Below, piece by piece: positions 10,358-22,016 of a stretch of DNA of 64,000 bases. The first letter of the stretch is position 1; the number at the start of each line of letters is the position of its first letter. Position numbers and translations under genes: made by a program. The stretch lies in NCBI GenBank assembly GCA_020184695.1, contig JAANOX010000036.1, forward strand, positions 1 to 64,000, given 5' to 3'. Under the pieces are notes generated by a model. It had not been told where the DNA came from. It saw nothing but the letters and a program-made list of their open reading frames with translations, and did not search any database. The stretch is from Histomonas meleagridis 2922-C6/04-290x. Taxonomy: Eukaryota; Protista; Parabasalia.

Positions 10358-11287
10358 ATGAACAACAAAAGAAAATTATGGATCGATACTGATTGTGGTG
10401 TCGATGATTCAACTGCGATACTTATTGCTCTTGACTGTCCGGATGTTGAAGTTGTTGGGATTTCATGTGTTGGTGGAAATGTATCACTTGATAAAGTTAT
10501 AAATAATGTAATTCGTACAATTTCAGTTTATGGTAAAGATGATATTCCTGTTTACCCAGGATGCCAAAAACCTTTAATAGTTGATGCAGTTCATATCCCA
10601 GAAATTCATGGTAATGATGGACTTGGTGATATTGATTTTTCAAAATTTAACACAGAAATCAAAGTTAAGCCACAAAGTGAGCACGCTGTTTTTGCTTTGA
10701 TAAAAACATTTATGGAAAATGATGATATCTCTCTTCTTACACTTGGTCCTCTAACAAACATAGCATTAGCTATTCACATTGAACCTAAACTCATTACTAA
10801 GATTAAATCCGTAATCATAATGGGAGGTGCTGAAGATATGAAAGGAAACACCTCAAAAACCGCCGAATTCAACTTTTTCTGTGATCCCGAATCAGCACAC
10901 ATTGTTATGAATGCTCTTCCTCCAGAGAAAGTCACTCTTGTAACATGGACTCTTACATGTACTCATGCTTTTAATGATGACATTGTAAAGAATTATCTTC
11001 AACAAGATAAAACAACAATGGAAAGATGGTTGAAAGAAACTTGGAAAGTTGTTGTTGCATTTTGCTCAGGTTCTGCTTATTTAGCTGACCCAATTGCTTC
11101 TTTTGTAGCATGCTATGGCGAAAAAGCAATCAAAAGCTTTGTGAATATGAAAATTGAGGTTCCAACAAATGGTGAAAATAAGGGAGCTACAATTGCTGAA
11201 GAAAGCAATGGTGGTTTCTGCGTTGTGAAAGAAATCAATTTCCAATACTTCCTTGAAGTACTTCGTAAGTTGATGAATAAAAATTAA
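10358..11287 (+). CDS. Inosine-uridine preferring nucleoside hydrolase
   Basis: IDTDCGVDD, IHGNDGLGD, TLGPLTNIALA, AEFNFFCDPE; ATG at 10358. Confidence 0.95.
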   Translation: MNNKRKLWIDTDCGVDDSTAILIALDCPDVEVVGISCVGGNVSLDKVINNVIRTISVYGKDDIPVYPGCQKPLIVDAVHIPEIHGNDGLGDIDFSKFNTEIKVKPQSEHAVFALIKTFMENDDISLLTLGPLTNIALAIHIEPKLITKIKSVIIMGGAEDMKGNTSKTAEFNFFCDPESAHIVMNALPPEKVTLVTWTLTCTHAFNDDIVKNYLQQDKTTMERWLKETWKVVVAFCSGSAYLADPIASFVACYGEKAIKSFVNMKIEVPTNGENKGATIAEESNGGFCVVKEINFQYFLEVLRKLMNKN

Positions 11288-11416
11288 TTACTTTTTTCTC
11301 AATTACATTCCAAAAATTATTTTAGATGACCAAGGAAACTAACATTAATAAACTGATTCAAGACGAAATTCTTCAAAACAATAAACTTGTAATGAGTAAA
11401 AATACATATTTATTGA

Positions 11417-11770
11417 TTAATTCTCTTCAAGTTTGGACTTGATAAACTCAGCACATTTTGTAGCTTTAAGACGTAATAAACCAAGTGTTAATGGGTTTGG
11501 ATCATTTTGTTGGAGACCAAATATCCAGCCACCACAATTCACCAATACAATGTATGAAGTTTCCCATTCGAAACCAATTCTTTTCCAGTGGGGTGGAAGC
11601 AAGGCTTGCCAAAATGTTGAAAGAGATTCGACAACCATTCTTGCTTTAAAATCATTTGAACAAATTATCCCACCATCCATAGTTGAGAGGAAGGCTAGTG
11701 AAGCATCGTTTTGTTTTACGAACTCAATTAGAAAATCCCTTGTAGCGACAACATCTAAAAGTTTTCCCAT
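11417..11770 (-). CDS. Roadblock/LAMTOR2-like protein
   Basis: FLSTMDGGIICS and LGLLRLKATKCAEFIKSKL match LAMTOR2 patterns; 117 aa. Confidence 0.65.
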   Translation of the reverse strand: MGKLLDVVATRDFLIEFVKQNDASLAFLSTMDGGIICSNDFKARMVVESLSTFWQALLPPHWKRIGFEWETSYIVLVNCGGWIFGLQQNDPNPLTLGLLRLKATKCAEFIKSKLEEN

Positions 11771-12008
11771 ATGAAATATTTCAGGCTTTAGTAGGCTTAT
11801 AAAAGAAGCCGTTTAAATATTCAAGAAATATAACCGTCAAATATAAACATGAAACACATAAATTAATGGAATGAATATATTATCATTATAAATTTGAATA
11901 TCAAACAACAAATCTACAACACAATTAAAAGAGAAACAATTTTCATCAATTAAAAACTTTTTTTAATTATTCCAAAATTATCTCAAAGAAAACTTTTACA
12001 AAAAGTAA

Positions 12009-13211
12009 TTAACTAGTAAATTCTTGTTGCTTATCTTGGTTTAATGTTCCATGTAACTTTCTAACATAAGTTCTTTTCTTTGGCTGTTTGACAGCTGATT
12101 TTGTAAGAGCTGTAGTTTGCTTAGGTGCTTCTGCTGCTTTCTTTTGAGCTTGTGCTATTAGAAATGCTTCCATATCATCATCATCTTCTTCAACAGCTTT
12201 CTTTACACCTCTTTTCTTTGGTTGTTGCTTCTTAGGTGGAGGTGGAGGAGGCGCAGCTACAACAGGTGGCGGGAGGGTCACTTCACCCTGATCCTCTTCT
12301 TCATCGTCATTCAGCACATCAAATGCCGATTTGACAACGATAACTTCTATCGGCTTTTCAATTGTGAGCGGTTGAACAGAATGGGACGAACGTGGCGAAG
12401 AAGTGAATGCACCAAAGATTTCCTTAGGGAATGGTGAAAGCATTGCATTAACAAATGGCTCAAGTAACTCTTTTTCGACTTTAGCAATCTTTTCTTGGTC
12501 TTCGAAATATTACGAGAATTTTTCACCTGACATTTCACCAGCAAATATGCCGCCATCAAAGATGAGCTTAGAGTTAGGTGACTTAATCCCAAGTAATTGT
12601 AGCAACCAGACAAGATGTTGGACAACTGATTGACACACTGCTGATACTTTAACTCGACGAAGTTTCGGTTTTAAGATTGGTCCATTAAATTTCGAGCCTA
12701 AGTTCAAACTTAATATGACACAAGTGACTGCTAATGAGCGTAATTCAAACATGTCTAATGGTGGCGCACCAACAACTTTAGCATCTTTAAGTGATTGTGG
12801 TGAATATTCTTTGATCAAACTATTTGGTACTTGGTTACTTGCGAAACATTGAGACACCAAAAAGCGTAACGCATATCCGCAGGTTTGAATTGGTTCTTCA
12901 AGTTTGAGTAATGGATCATCTTTTGGCAATTTGAAGTCAGGTGGGAAACTACAGTGTGTTATGTTATAAAATGTTGACTTAAGTCGGTTCATTCCGCATT
13001 TTTTCTTCTTAAGAGTTTGCAAAGTGTTATAATCTGGAAATCCTTCTTCAGATTTTACTTCTTGAGTGACCATTCCGTCGGATCGTGGCACATACTCTGT
13101 GACTGTGTCGCAATTTATCGACTGTAATTTGAAGGATATTCGACCTGCTTGTGGTTCGAACCATTGTTGTGATTGGCACTTTTTAACATGATAATCATTA
13201 AAATCAATCAA
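12009..13211 (-). pseudogene. Asteroid/FAM120 (XPG-related)-like C-terminal region with a low-complexity acidic/Pro/Lys tail, split by one in-frame TAA (12510-12512)
   Basis: ORFs 12510-13211 and 12009-12443 are in the same frame (GEKFS*YFEDQEKIAK). Motifs EYVPR and LLQLLG..IFDGGIF. No ATG at the 5' end of the ORF. Confidence 0.4.
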
Positions 13212-13494
13212 AAGAATGCAACAAATTGCAAGAAAACAAACGCATCATGATGCTTTTTAAAAGGAAATGATAAATCTTAGACTTATATATTAAATATTAA
13301 TAATTCATATTTATTAATTTCATATCTAATTACATCTTATATTTAGAATTAACAGTTTTAGATAGTTGACATTAAGTACACCATTAAATAATTTGATATT
13401 ATCAAGTAAACAAAAAAAATTCTCAAAACATTTTTTTTTCTAAAATTTTTTAACGGGCTACGCAAACGGTTGGAACGACCACAAACAAGAATTA

Positions 13495-14937
13495 ATGGAG
13501 TCTGATAGTTCTTCTGATAATGATAATCCAATTGAGGACGAAGAAGAAAATGAAGACTGGCTTGGTTCTTCAGGTAGTGAAGATGAAGATGATTTAGCAA
13601 GACGCGAAAGACAGCTTAAGAAAAATCAAGATGAATTTTTACAAGAACTTAAAGGAGAACAAGAGCATACAACTCTTGTTGATTTGGATGCACCAGCTGT
13701 TGATTATGATCAAATCAGAGATCGTGCAACATCAATTATTTTAACACTTCAAGATCTTAAAAACACTGGTGATCCCACTCTTTCTCGTCAAGACTATGTA
13801 GATAAGCTTTATGAAGATCTTTGTCTTCTTTTCGGCTATAATGAATTTCTTATGAGGAAGATTGCTTCATTAGTTAAAATTGGTGAACTCATGGACTTCT
13901 GTGATGCCAACGAGCACAAGCGTCCCGTCACCATTAGGGTTAATACACTTCGAACCCGTCGAAAAGAATTAGAAAGATTACTTAATGAAAGAGGTGTACG
14001 TCTTGCGCCCATTGGTAAGTGGACCAGGATTGGTCTTGTTGTTTTAGATTCACAAGTCCCTGTTGGTGCCACTCCCGAGTATCTAGCCGGATATTATATG
14101 CTTCAATCACCATCATCATTTTTACCCGTTATGGCGCTTAATCCTCAGCCCAACACGCGTGTTCTTGATATGTGTGCAGCACCCGGAGGTAAGACCACAC
14201 ATATGGCCCAACTAATGAAGAACACCGGAGTCATTATTGCTAATGATATTCACCGCGCACGTACCGACGCCTTAATAGCTAACATACATAGGTTAGCAGT
14301 TACCAATACCATTGTTGTCAACTATGATGGAATTGCATTTCCTACATTGATGGGCGGCTTCGATAGTGTCTTATTAGATGCTCCATGTTCAGGCACAGGT
14401 GTTATCTCACGTGATCCCACAGTTAAGACTACCAAGACTGAAGCCGAATTAAAAGTATTAACGCAAAAACAAAAAGAGTTAATATTACACGCATACGACT
14501 CAGTCAAGAACAGTGGCGGAAGGTTGTGCTATTGTACATGTTCATTACTTGTCGAAGAGAATGAAGGTGTTGTTGATTATTTGATTAAGCATAGAGACGC
14601 ATGTAGAGTAGTGCCACCAGACATCGATAAAGATTTCGATGAAGAACTTACGCCAGGTATCATTCGATACAATGGACATTCATATGATCCTTCGATTGCT
14701 AACACAAGAAGAGTTTACCCACATAGAATGAACATGGACGGATTTTATTTCGCAATAATCGAAGTGTTACCACATGTGCCACAAGAAATAACAGAAAATA
14801 ATGCACAGATTCAACAACAACAACAGAAAAATAAACAAAATAAAAAGGATGATAAGAGAAAGGGAAGAAGAAGTGTTAAATTGGTGCCGAAAAAGGCCAA
14901 AAAGAAGAAGTTCTCTAAAAGATTTGGTGGAAAGTAA
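13495..14937 (+). CDS. NOP2: Nucleolar rRNA m5C methyltransferase Nop2/NSUN1
   Basis: LAGYYMLQ, VLDMCAAPGGKTTH, VLLDAPCSGTG and YCTCSLLVEENE; acidic N-terminus, basic C-terminus. Confidence 0.96.
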   Translation: MESDSSSDNDNPIEDEEENEDWLGSSGSEDEDDLARRERQLKKNQDEFLQELKGEQEHTTLVDLDAPAVDYDQIRDRATSIILTLQDLKNTGDPTLSRQDYVDKLYEDLCLLFGYNEFLMRKIASLVKIGELMDFCDANEHKRPVTIRVNTLRTRRKELERLLNERGVRLAPIGKWTRIGLVVLDSQVPVGATPEYLAGYYMLQSPSSFLPVMALNPQPNTRVLDMCAAPGGKTTHMAQLMKNTGVIIANDIHRARTDALIANIHRLAVTNTIVVNYDGIAFPTLMGGFDSVLLDAPCSGTGVISRDPTVKTTKTEAELKVLTQKQKELILHAYDSVKNSGGRLCYCTCSLLVEENEGVVDYLIKHRDACRVVPPDIDKDFDEELTPGIIRYNGHSYDPSIANTRRVYPHRMNMDGFYFAIIEVLPHVPQEITENNAQIQQQQQKNKQNKKDDKRKGRRSVKLVPKKAKKKKFSKRFGGK

Positions 14938-15150
14938 ATTAATAATTATAAATAAAGTTAAATTTTATAAATTTTTTTTGTTGTTTTATGTTATATTAAA
15001 GAAAATAAACTGCGATGTTTGGTAATGAAAATGCTTTTTGGAGTGATTTTTATGTTATTTATAGTACGTATGTGATGACGTTTCATCCTGGTTTGCTTTG
15101 GATGAAATGCCTCAATAAATTATAAGAAAATAAGTTGGCATATTAATTAA

Positions 15151-15705
15151 ATGATTAAATGCAATTCGTTCTGGCATAAAATAAAAAGTGGCATTCCGAT
15201 GTTAAAGTCCGAACTGTTCAATAACATAAAGAATGACTTCATGTCAGGACTTCTTAGAGAAACTGTTTTCACTGTTGGTGGAATTGTTATTAACCAGGGA
15301 ATTTTTATTAAACCAGAAGATGCAATAAGGACAATCGCAATTTCAACACTTAAATATGGAACAAATATTGTTGCTAGAAATACCTTTTCTTACGTTATGT
15401 TAAGGAGACATGAAGTTCCAACATATGAACAAAAATTAACAGCATGTTTCGTTTCAAGTGCATGTGGTGATTTAATAGCAAATTTAATTTTCTCAAGAAA
15501 TAGAAGTATCATTTCATCCACAGTATCATCAATTTTTGTAGGTGTTGGATCATGTGCTGTATTTATGATCAGAAATTATCGTGAAACAGGACAATTCCTT
15601 CAACGAAAATTCCCAGATCAATATAACTATGTTATGGATGCAGTTCATGACAATCAATTCGTACAAACTCTTTTTCAAATATTAACAAATCAGCAAGATC
15701 ACTAA
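15151..15705 (+). CDS. Hypothetical protein, 184 aa
   Basis: Uninterrupted ATG-TAA ORF in AT-rich surroundings; no family recognised. Confidence 0.7.
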   Translation: MIKCNSFWHKIKSGIPMLKSELFNNIKNDFMSGLLRETVFTVGGIVINQGIFIKPEDAIRTIAISTLKYGTNIVARNTFSYVMLRRHEVPTYEQKLTACFVSSACGDLIANLIFSRNRSIISSTVSSIFVGVGSCAVFMIRNYRETGQFLQRKFPDQYNYVMDAVHDNQFVQTLFQILTNQQDH

Positions 15706-16319
15706 ACCATTTTAATCAAATCAAAACTATTTTTATTATTATTTTATGTTGTGGCATTTTTTGTATCATTATTTGTAAAAATGCATGAAGAAAATCTAAA
15801 AGTTACCTTTTGTATTATAATAATCAAATGATACAATTAATTTTATGAAATAATTTTTTTTTCATTTATTTTGGAAAAACATAAATTTAATGAATATCTT
15901 TTCTATCTAAAAAAATTTAAAGTCAAACTTTACGATTTACACGTAATCCTTAATTATTTGAGGTTACAATAAAAAATATAAAAATAAAAATAACTAAATT
16001 GAGATCACTTTTGGGGGTATTTTTTAATTATTAACAAAACGTATTCAATATTTAGAATTACTTTAAAAAATATAACATGAATGAGCATTCTTTTTGCGTT
16101 GTTTTCTTCGCTTTTCTCCGCAAACAAAAAAAATTCAAATGAACTTAATGAGGTAGAGGTATATAAAAATATAGTGTGTTAACATTTTTCCTACATGAAT
16201 TTTCCATAACAAAGATAACGCAAATTATATTAAATAATAATAAACTTTTTAAAATAATGTTATTTATTAACCTTAAAAAATTTACGCATTAAAAATTCGA
16301 TATAATTTTGGTTACAACT

Positions 16320-16760
16320 ATTCTATCAGATTATCATTTAATATTGTTTTAGAATAATCAACTGTATTTATTTCTTCTTCATTTTCATCCTTTGGCCCAC
16401 CAATATCATTTGGCTTCATATAAAGCGTTGCAACGAGCAAAACAGGTATATTTTGGAAAAAAGATGACACTCCTGATTAAAACCGAAATAAAGGATAATA
16501 TTATCCCAATATGTGGGGATACAAGTTTTATGAGAAATATGGCTTGATTTGCAGCAACAACATATATGTAAAGCACTTAACCACTAAACTAAAAAATAAA
16601 ATACGAAATAAACCAATATTATACGTGTAAAAACAAATATAAACGCTAAACGTTGAATAAAATACACCTGGATTCAAAGATACCATTGTTCGATTGGCTT
16701 TTGTTGGGTTAAGGAAATAATTACGACCAAGCCTGGCAAAATAGTAATATAAAATTAGAG
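16320..16760 (-). pseudogene. Decayed multi-pass membrane transporter fragment (amino-acid transporter-like C-terminus)
   Basis: Broken frames give hydrophobic segments (VSPHIGIILSFISVL, IPVLLVATLYMKP) followed by an acidic tail; several stops. Confidence 0.3.
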
Positions 16761-17271
16761 AAGAAATTGTTTGAGCAATATAAATTATTTATTAAATTTC
16801 TTTTACATTTGTATTTTGCTGTATCACTTTCTTTTAGTCTTCTTTGATATTTATTCTAATTTTTTCCATTGATGTCTTCGTTCTTGTTGTGCCAATTACC
16901 TGAATTAAATGTCTTATTAATGCTTTGTTTAAATCCTCACAACTCTTTGGAATGAGTGCTTATCATTGTACTCATATATAAAATTCATATAATATTAAAT
17001 ACATAAATCAAATATATTATTCCCATAATAATTTGATTTTAATGAATCTTATCATCGTAAACAGAACGTTTTGAAATTAGAAAGTTTTCGATACTTTTAA
17101 TCACATTATTCTTTTATATCTTGTTTTAGAATCCGAAATAAAGTCAGTTTCTAGTAAATCATCTAACAAAACCATCTAATTTAAAACCATCATGTTTAAC
17201 ATATAAATGGCATTGCAAAACTTTCAAACATTTCTGCTTTATATAAAAAATAATATATTTACATATAAAAA

Positions 17272-18255
17272 TCATTTATTAGTTGCCATACCGTTTGTAT
17301 TTATTACTGTTTGGTTGTTTCCTCTTTCAATAACTTTTACATTTGTAAGGACCAAAAATTTCATTTTCTTTTTCTCGCCAAATTGATTTTCGAAATTTTT
17401 ACATTCTATTACACAATCAATGAAATCGATTTTGATTTGGTCGTTTCGTGTATAGAATGTTGCAAAGTTCGCTTTACCTAAGTCATTGTTCAAAAGTTTT
17501 GTATTTGTAACTTTGAGTTTTGTTCCGATCGTAAACGAGCTCAACGCAGAGCCCCGATAGTTACTAGTGCAGTTAACTATTGTGGAGGAGTCAATTGTCG
17601 CAGTGGCATATGAAGATGTGCAAATTGCGGCAAGTGATTTTGTAGATTGACAATTATCAACATAAATGTGCGACATGTGTTGCTCACCTCCCCAAAGCAT
17701 AAGAGCACCATTGGTAACACCTACGTTTCGAGTAAAGTTGGTATTCGTGATATCAAGGATTTTGGGATCTTTAGAAATACAATCAATAAACATGCCTGCA
17801 CAATTAACTGTGGCCTTGTTTTCAAGAAATAGGGTATTAGTGACTTTACCACCAACAAAATTTACCGAATATACACAAGCTCCGTACTTTGCAGTATTCT
17901 TAGTAAAAAGACAATCTGTTATATTAAACCTATAGCATTCGGAGTAGATAGCTCCACCTCGAAAATCATTACAATTTTGGAAACTTGAGGAAACTATATT
18001 TGCACATGGGGTTTCCCGGGTAAAAATTTTCCTTTCTTGTGGATTATAAGTGGAAAGATAAATTGGTGATGAAAGAAAATCTGTGAAGCTTGATTTTTTT
18101 ACAAGAAATTGGTTTGGAAATCCAAGAAAGAAATTAGAAAAATGCTTCTTAAATCGTGAATTTGTAACTTTGATGTCCCACTGACCATTATAACTAAATA
18201 CAGGTGAATTAGACACTGAGCTTATTAGGGATAAATATGATAAGCTCAGATTCAT
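17272..18255 (-). CDS. Right-handed beta-helix / polymorphic membrane protein (Pmp)-like protein
   Basis: FQNC..RGGAIY, FTKNTAKYGA, FLENKA and FTRNVG repeats (GGA[I/L/V] and FxxN motifs). Confidence 0.75.
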   Translation of the reverse strand: MNLSLSYLSLISSVSNSPVFSYNGQWDIKVTNSRFKKHFSNFFLGFPNQFLVKKSSFTDFLSSPIYLSTYNPQERKIFTRETPCANIVSSSFQNCNDFRGGAIYSECYRFNITDCLFTKNTAKYGACVYSVNFVGGKVTNTLFLENKATVNCAGMFIDCISKDPKILDITNTNFTRNVGVTNGALMLWGGEQHMSHIYVDNCQSTKSLAAICTSSYATATIDSSTIVNCTSNYRGSALSSFTIGTKLKVTNTKLLNNDLGKANFATFYTRNDQIKIDFIDCVIECKNFENQFGEKKKMKFLVLTNVKVIERGNNQTVINTNGMATNK

Positions 18256-18725
18256 TTTTGGAAGATCGGTTAACGATAGATAATAACCAAAACCGTTTAT
18301 TCATGAAACAGCCTTTTTTCTGGCATAATTCTAAATCTCCAAAGACAGTCATTTATCTAATCCACAAATGTAACGAAACAAAATACTTTTATTATGTGTT
18401 AAAGAAAAGTACTTTATTATTTCTGATATGACATATTCATATGATTATGTAATGAAATTTTTTACATTTTCACGATGAAATAACAATACAGCTTTGCGTT
18501 ACTCATCAAAGTTGTTATTTTTGGTTAAATATTCAGAGTGAATAATTGAATCGAATTTCAGAATTCATCATAATCCCATAATAAAGTAAGGAGATTTTAA
18601 AATACTTCTATCAGCAAATCGGCTTCTCCAAAAAATACTAGAAAAGAAATTGAAGATTTTTGTAAAACCGAAATTTTGTGTAGGCAACTGTACGTTAAAC
18701 ATCAAAAAAAAATCATTTTCCACAA

Positions 18726-19331
18726 ATGATTGTACGAAAGAACCCATCCAGCAATCCAAGGAGACAACAAATTCTTAGACAAAAGCAAATTCAAGCAAAA
18801 GAAAATATATTTTGTGATTCAAATAGAAATCATTCTATTTCAAAGAAATCCATAAAATCACCAAATAAACGCCAACCAATAATACATGGGAATAAAGGTG
18901 TATATTCCAATTGTTTATTAGATTATTATTATAAAAAGTATAATACAGATTATACCAAACATATAAAACAACAAATTGAAATTAGAAAAAGAAATCTAAA
19001 GTATTCAGAAAAGCCAACGTATGAGTTAGTATCAAGAGAAGCCAACATAATTTTGGAATCAATAAATTCAAAAAATGACAAAAATATCCAAAAACTTCAG
19101 CAACCCATCAATGCTAAAGGAAAGATTTTCCTACCCAAGACCAAATCCCCTCTTGTTCAGCCTGTTCGGTCATCATGTCCACCTCCCAAAAAGCCACAGA
19201 ACCCATCAAAGCTAATTCTTTCTCCTTTAGAACCACAAAATCTCGAGCATCCACGACTTCAAACAATATCAGAGATGATTTTTCCAGACGGCGAGCGTGT
19301 TCCCATTCCACATTCATATAACTTATATTAG
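18726..19331 (+). CDS. Hypothetical basic/Pro-rich protein, 201 aa
   Basis: ORF only. Confidence 0.6.
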   Translation: MIVRKNPSSNPRRQQILRQKQIQAKENIFCDSNRNHSISKKSIKSPNKRQPIIHGNKGVYSNCLLDYYYKKYNTDYTKHIKQQIEIRKRNLKYSEKPTYELVSREANIILESINSKNDKNIQKLQQPINAKGKIFLPKTKSPLVQPVRSSCPPPKKPQNPSKLILSPLEPQNLEHPRLQTISEMIFPDGERVPIPHSYNLY

Positions 19332-19894
19332 TTTAATAAATGTATTTTCGAAAACTCATAAATACCATATTTTCATTTTTTACTTTAAACAAGTATCTAT
19401 GAAGTACAACGGTACTTAAAGTTGTTTTTAAGAATTCAAAGATGAAGCGAAATGAAGACAATGATAATTTTATATATTTTTATATAGAGATATATATTTT
19501 TTTAATATATTTGTATAATTATATAATTACAATATTATAATATTCTGAGATAACTTATTATATTCAATAATTATTTAAAATGTAAGATATTATTAATTAC
19601 ATATTTATACAAAAGTTTAGCTTTTCGCGTTACTCGAAACGATCAAAAACCGCCTATTGCCCAAATAAACATATTCAATTCATATGCCGATCAAATTACA
19701 CAGAAGTATATCGTATAAGTAAAGCTCACAATCGATTGGCGAACCGAAAACTTCACATTATATGACATTCAAAGTCTCATTTTTGTCATTTAACAGTCAT
19801 TTTCTCTGTTCCAACGTATTTGTTTACTCATTACTTATTAGCCAAATGGCGAAACTTTTCACATTCAATTCAAACATCGTAACTTTGATATTTA

Positions 19895-21820
19895 TTAAGC
19901 CTTAAATATCCTGACCTCGTTCAAGATATTCTGTGCCTTATGTAATGCTGCGACCATTTGCTGACACGCGATTCTTTTACTTGTTATTGATGAATCCTCC
20001 GTCAGCAGCTCCTTCAAGTTCGGTGTGTTAAATATGTTTTCGATCATCTTCGGCCTGAGCATATCCGTCGACTTCTTTACCAAGAACCTTACGATTGTCT
20101 TCGGCACCAAGTCCTTAATTTGGTCTCTTATCAAGTCGAAGTATTTCGACGATATTTGCACCAAGTCCTTTATCTCCCTCGCCTGGTTATTGTTGTATTC
20201 CTTCGACGCACCGTACAATGAGCACACGCCGACCGGATCGGGCACCGCCGGCTTCTCTGGGAGCGGGCGCTTTCGCGGGTCATCTTCTGCCTTCGGCGCG
20301 TTGATTGCTTGGTTGCCTCTAAAGTCTGGGCGCTGTGTGTTGATGAAACTCTTCTCGTTATCGATCAGTTGGTTAATGTAATCTTTCGTTGGGTTAACGC
20401 ATGAACGAATACACTCGTCGACAACAGAACGAATACTGTCGCCTAATATGTTGAAGCGAGATAACTCCATAAAGTTGACTTCGCTATGGATGTCGAATAA
20501 GATCGAAACAATTTCATCAACTAAGCGAAGAGATGGCTCGCGTAACTGCTCAATGCAGCGGAATAAGATCATGTCCAACGCTTTGTGCGGAGTGAACAAT
20601 GGAACTGTGAGGCCGGCGTGGTTCTTCATCATGTAGAACAGCTGCGACTCGTTGTACTCTTTAAGGCCCGGCAATGCGTCGATGGTTTTGTTATATGAAT
20701 CCATGAAGCGGCGAGAAATTAAGGCGCCGCCGCGTGCGCGTATAGCTTTGATGTCGTCAGCATTGTCATCAGCATGGCCCTCTAATAAGTCCTCGTAGTT
20801 ATCTAAGTACTTCGAGATGACGTCTAAGACAAATGCATTCATCGTCCCGACAGAACTGGTAGGATTCTCACCATAGCCGGCTAATTCGGCTTCCTTCTCA
20901 ATGAGCATCGTTTGGACTTTGTGGCGGAGCTGTGGCATACAGTTGCGGATGTGCTCCATTAATAAGCTGTTAAGACAATGCGCTAAATATTGGCTGCCAC
21001 AGCGATCTGCAAGGTCTGAATAGTCACGAGAGTTCTCAAAGAAGTCATGCTCGGCTTTACGAGCAGCGGCTATTGATTTATTGGAATCGATATCGGCTTG
21101 GGATCGGTTAACAACACCAATGTAACCAAGCTTTAATGAGTAAATCTTGTTTTGGAGAATGTCACGGGCATTGGTTCCTTTGTCCATAAGATCAATTTTG
21201 GTAATGACACCAATTGTACGATCACCATATGGATCAACTTCACGTGCAATACGGAGTGATTCAGAGTTGGCAAGATCTTGATTGGCTGGTGTGACGGCAA
21301 GAATAAGTGAATTTTTTTCTTTGATGAAATTAAAGACCATATCATGGATTTGTTTGACAATTGCTGGATCTTGTCCTTGAGTGGCTACTTTAACAAGACC
21401 AGGAAGATCGACAAGTGTTAAATTAAGGACATTTGGTGATGAAAGAGTTAGACGAATTGGATGTGAACTGACATTACGAGTTTTACCTGTAACACGCTCG
21501 GTTTCCCTGACAATTTCGTCGTAAATTTCCTTAAAATTCGTGAATTTTTTGTTTGGAATATGAAGAAATTCAGCTACTTCTTGTGCATTTGGATCGTTAA
21601 GATGAACAAGTTGAAGAACTAATGGACGGCGTGTAACAATACCTGAACCACGTGGAAGGAAATCACGTCCAACAAAAGATTCTAGAACTGAGGATTTACC
21701 GGAACTTTGGCTACCAACGACAACAATCTGTGGTAGTCCAATGACTTCAGATCCAACTGTGTTGAATGCATCTTGTAATTTATTTATGATTGGAATGAGG
21801 GATTCCATTGATAATGCCAC
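19895..21820 (-). CDS. Dynamin-related GTPase (DRP; GTPase, middle and GED domains)
   Basis: GSQSSGKS, LPRGSGIVTRRP, DLPG and TKID motifs; 641 aa. Confidence 0.96.
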   Translation of the reverse strand: MALSMESLIPIINKLQDAFNTVGSEVIGLPQIVVVGSQSSGKSSVLESFVGRDFLPRGSGIVTRRPLVLQLVHLNDPNAQEVAEFLHIPNKKFTNFKEIYDEIVRETERVTGKTRNVSSHPIRLTLSSPNVLNLTLVDLPGLVKVATQGQDPAIVKQIHDMVFNFIKEKNSLILAVTPANQDLANSESLRIAREVDPYGDRTIGVITKIDLMDKGTNARDILQNKIYSLKLGYIGVVNRSQADIDSNKSIAAARKAEHDFFENSRDYSDLADRCGSQYLAHCLNSLLMEHIRNCMPQLRHKVQTMLIEKEAELAGYGENPTSSVGTMNAFVLDVISKYLDNYEDLLEGHADDNADDIKAIRARGGALISRRFMDSYNKTIDALPGLKEYNESQLFYMMKNHAGLTVPLFTPHKALDMILFRCIEQLREPSLRLVDEIVSILFDIHSEVNFMELSRFNILGDSIRSVVDECIRSCVNPTKDYINQLIDNEKSFINTQRPDFRGNQAINAPKAEDDPRKRPLPEKPAVPDPVGVCSLYGASKEYNNNQAREIKDLVQISSKYFDLIRDQIKDLVPKTIVRFLVKKSTDMLRPKMIENIFNTPNLKELLTEDSSITSKRIACQQMVAALHKAQNILNEVRIFKA

Positions 21821-22016
21821 TTTTACCCAATCGATCTAACCGCAAAACGAAGTCAAATTTTGAATGCGTTCAAATTATTTTTTTGCCAAAATTAATTTTT
21901 TCCAAAACAAAATATAAATTGATTTCCAATGTTTTGTCTTAATAATAATTAAATTATTTAAATTTGTATTAAATTATTAAAAAAAAAAAAAACAAATAAA
22001 TAAACTTAAGCTTTAA

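Noticed and set aside
4991-12512. Alternative genetic code (TAA read as sense), suggested by in-frame TAAs in the transposase and FAM120-like frames
   Set aside because: Most intact conserved genes here (RPL21, RPS2, RPS15A, RPL35A, NOP2, dynamin) end at TAA exactly where expected.
13145-13170. tRNA T-loop-like GGTTCGAACC
   Set aside because: It lies inside a coding frame with no cloverleaf; no tRNA or rRNA gene was recognised anywhere in the window.
15072-15110. SECIS element
   Set aside because: ATGA is present but there is no apical AA and no 3' GA of the quartet.
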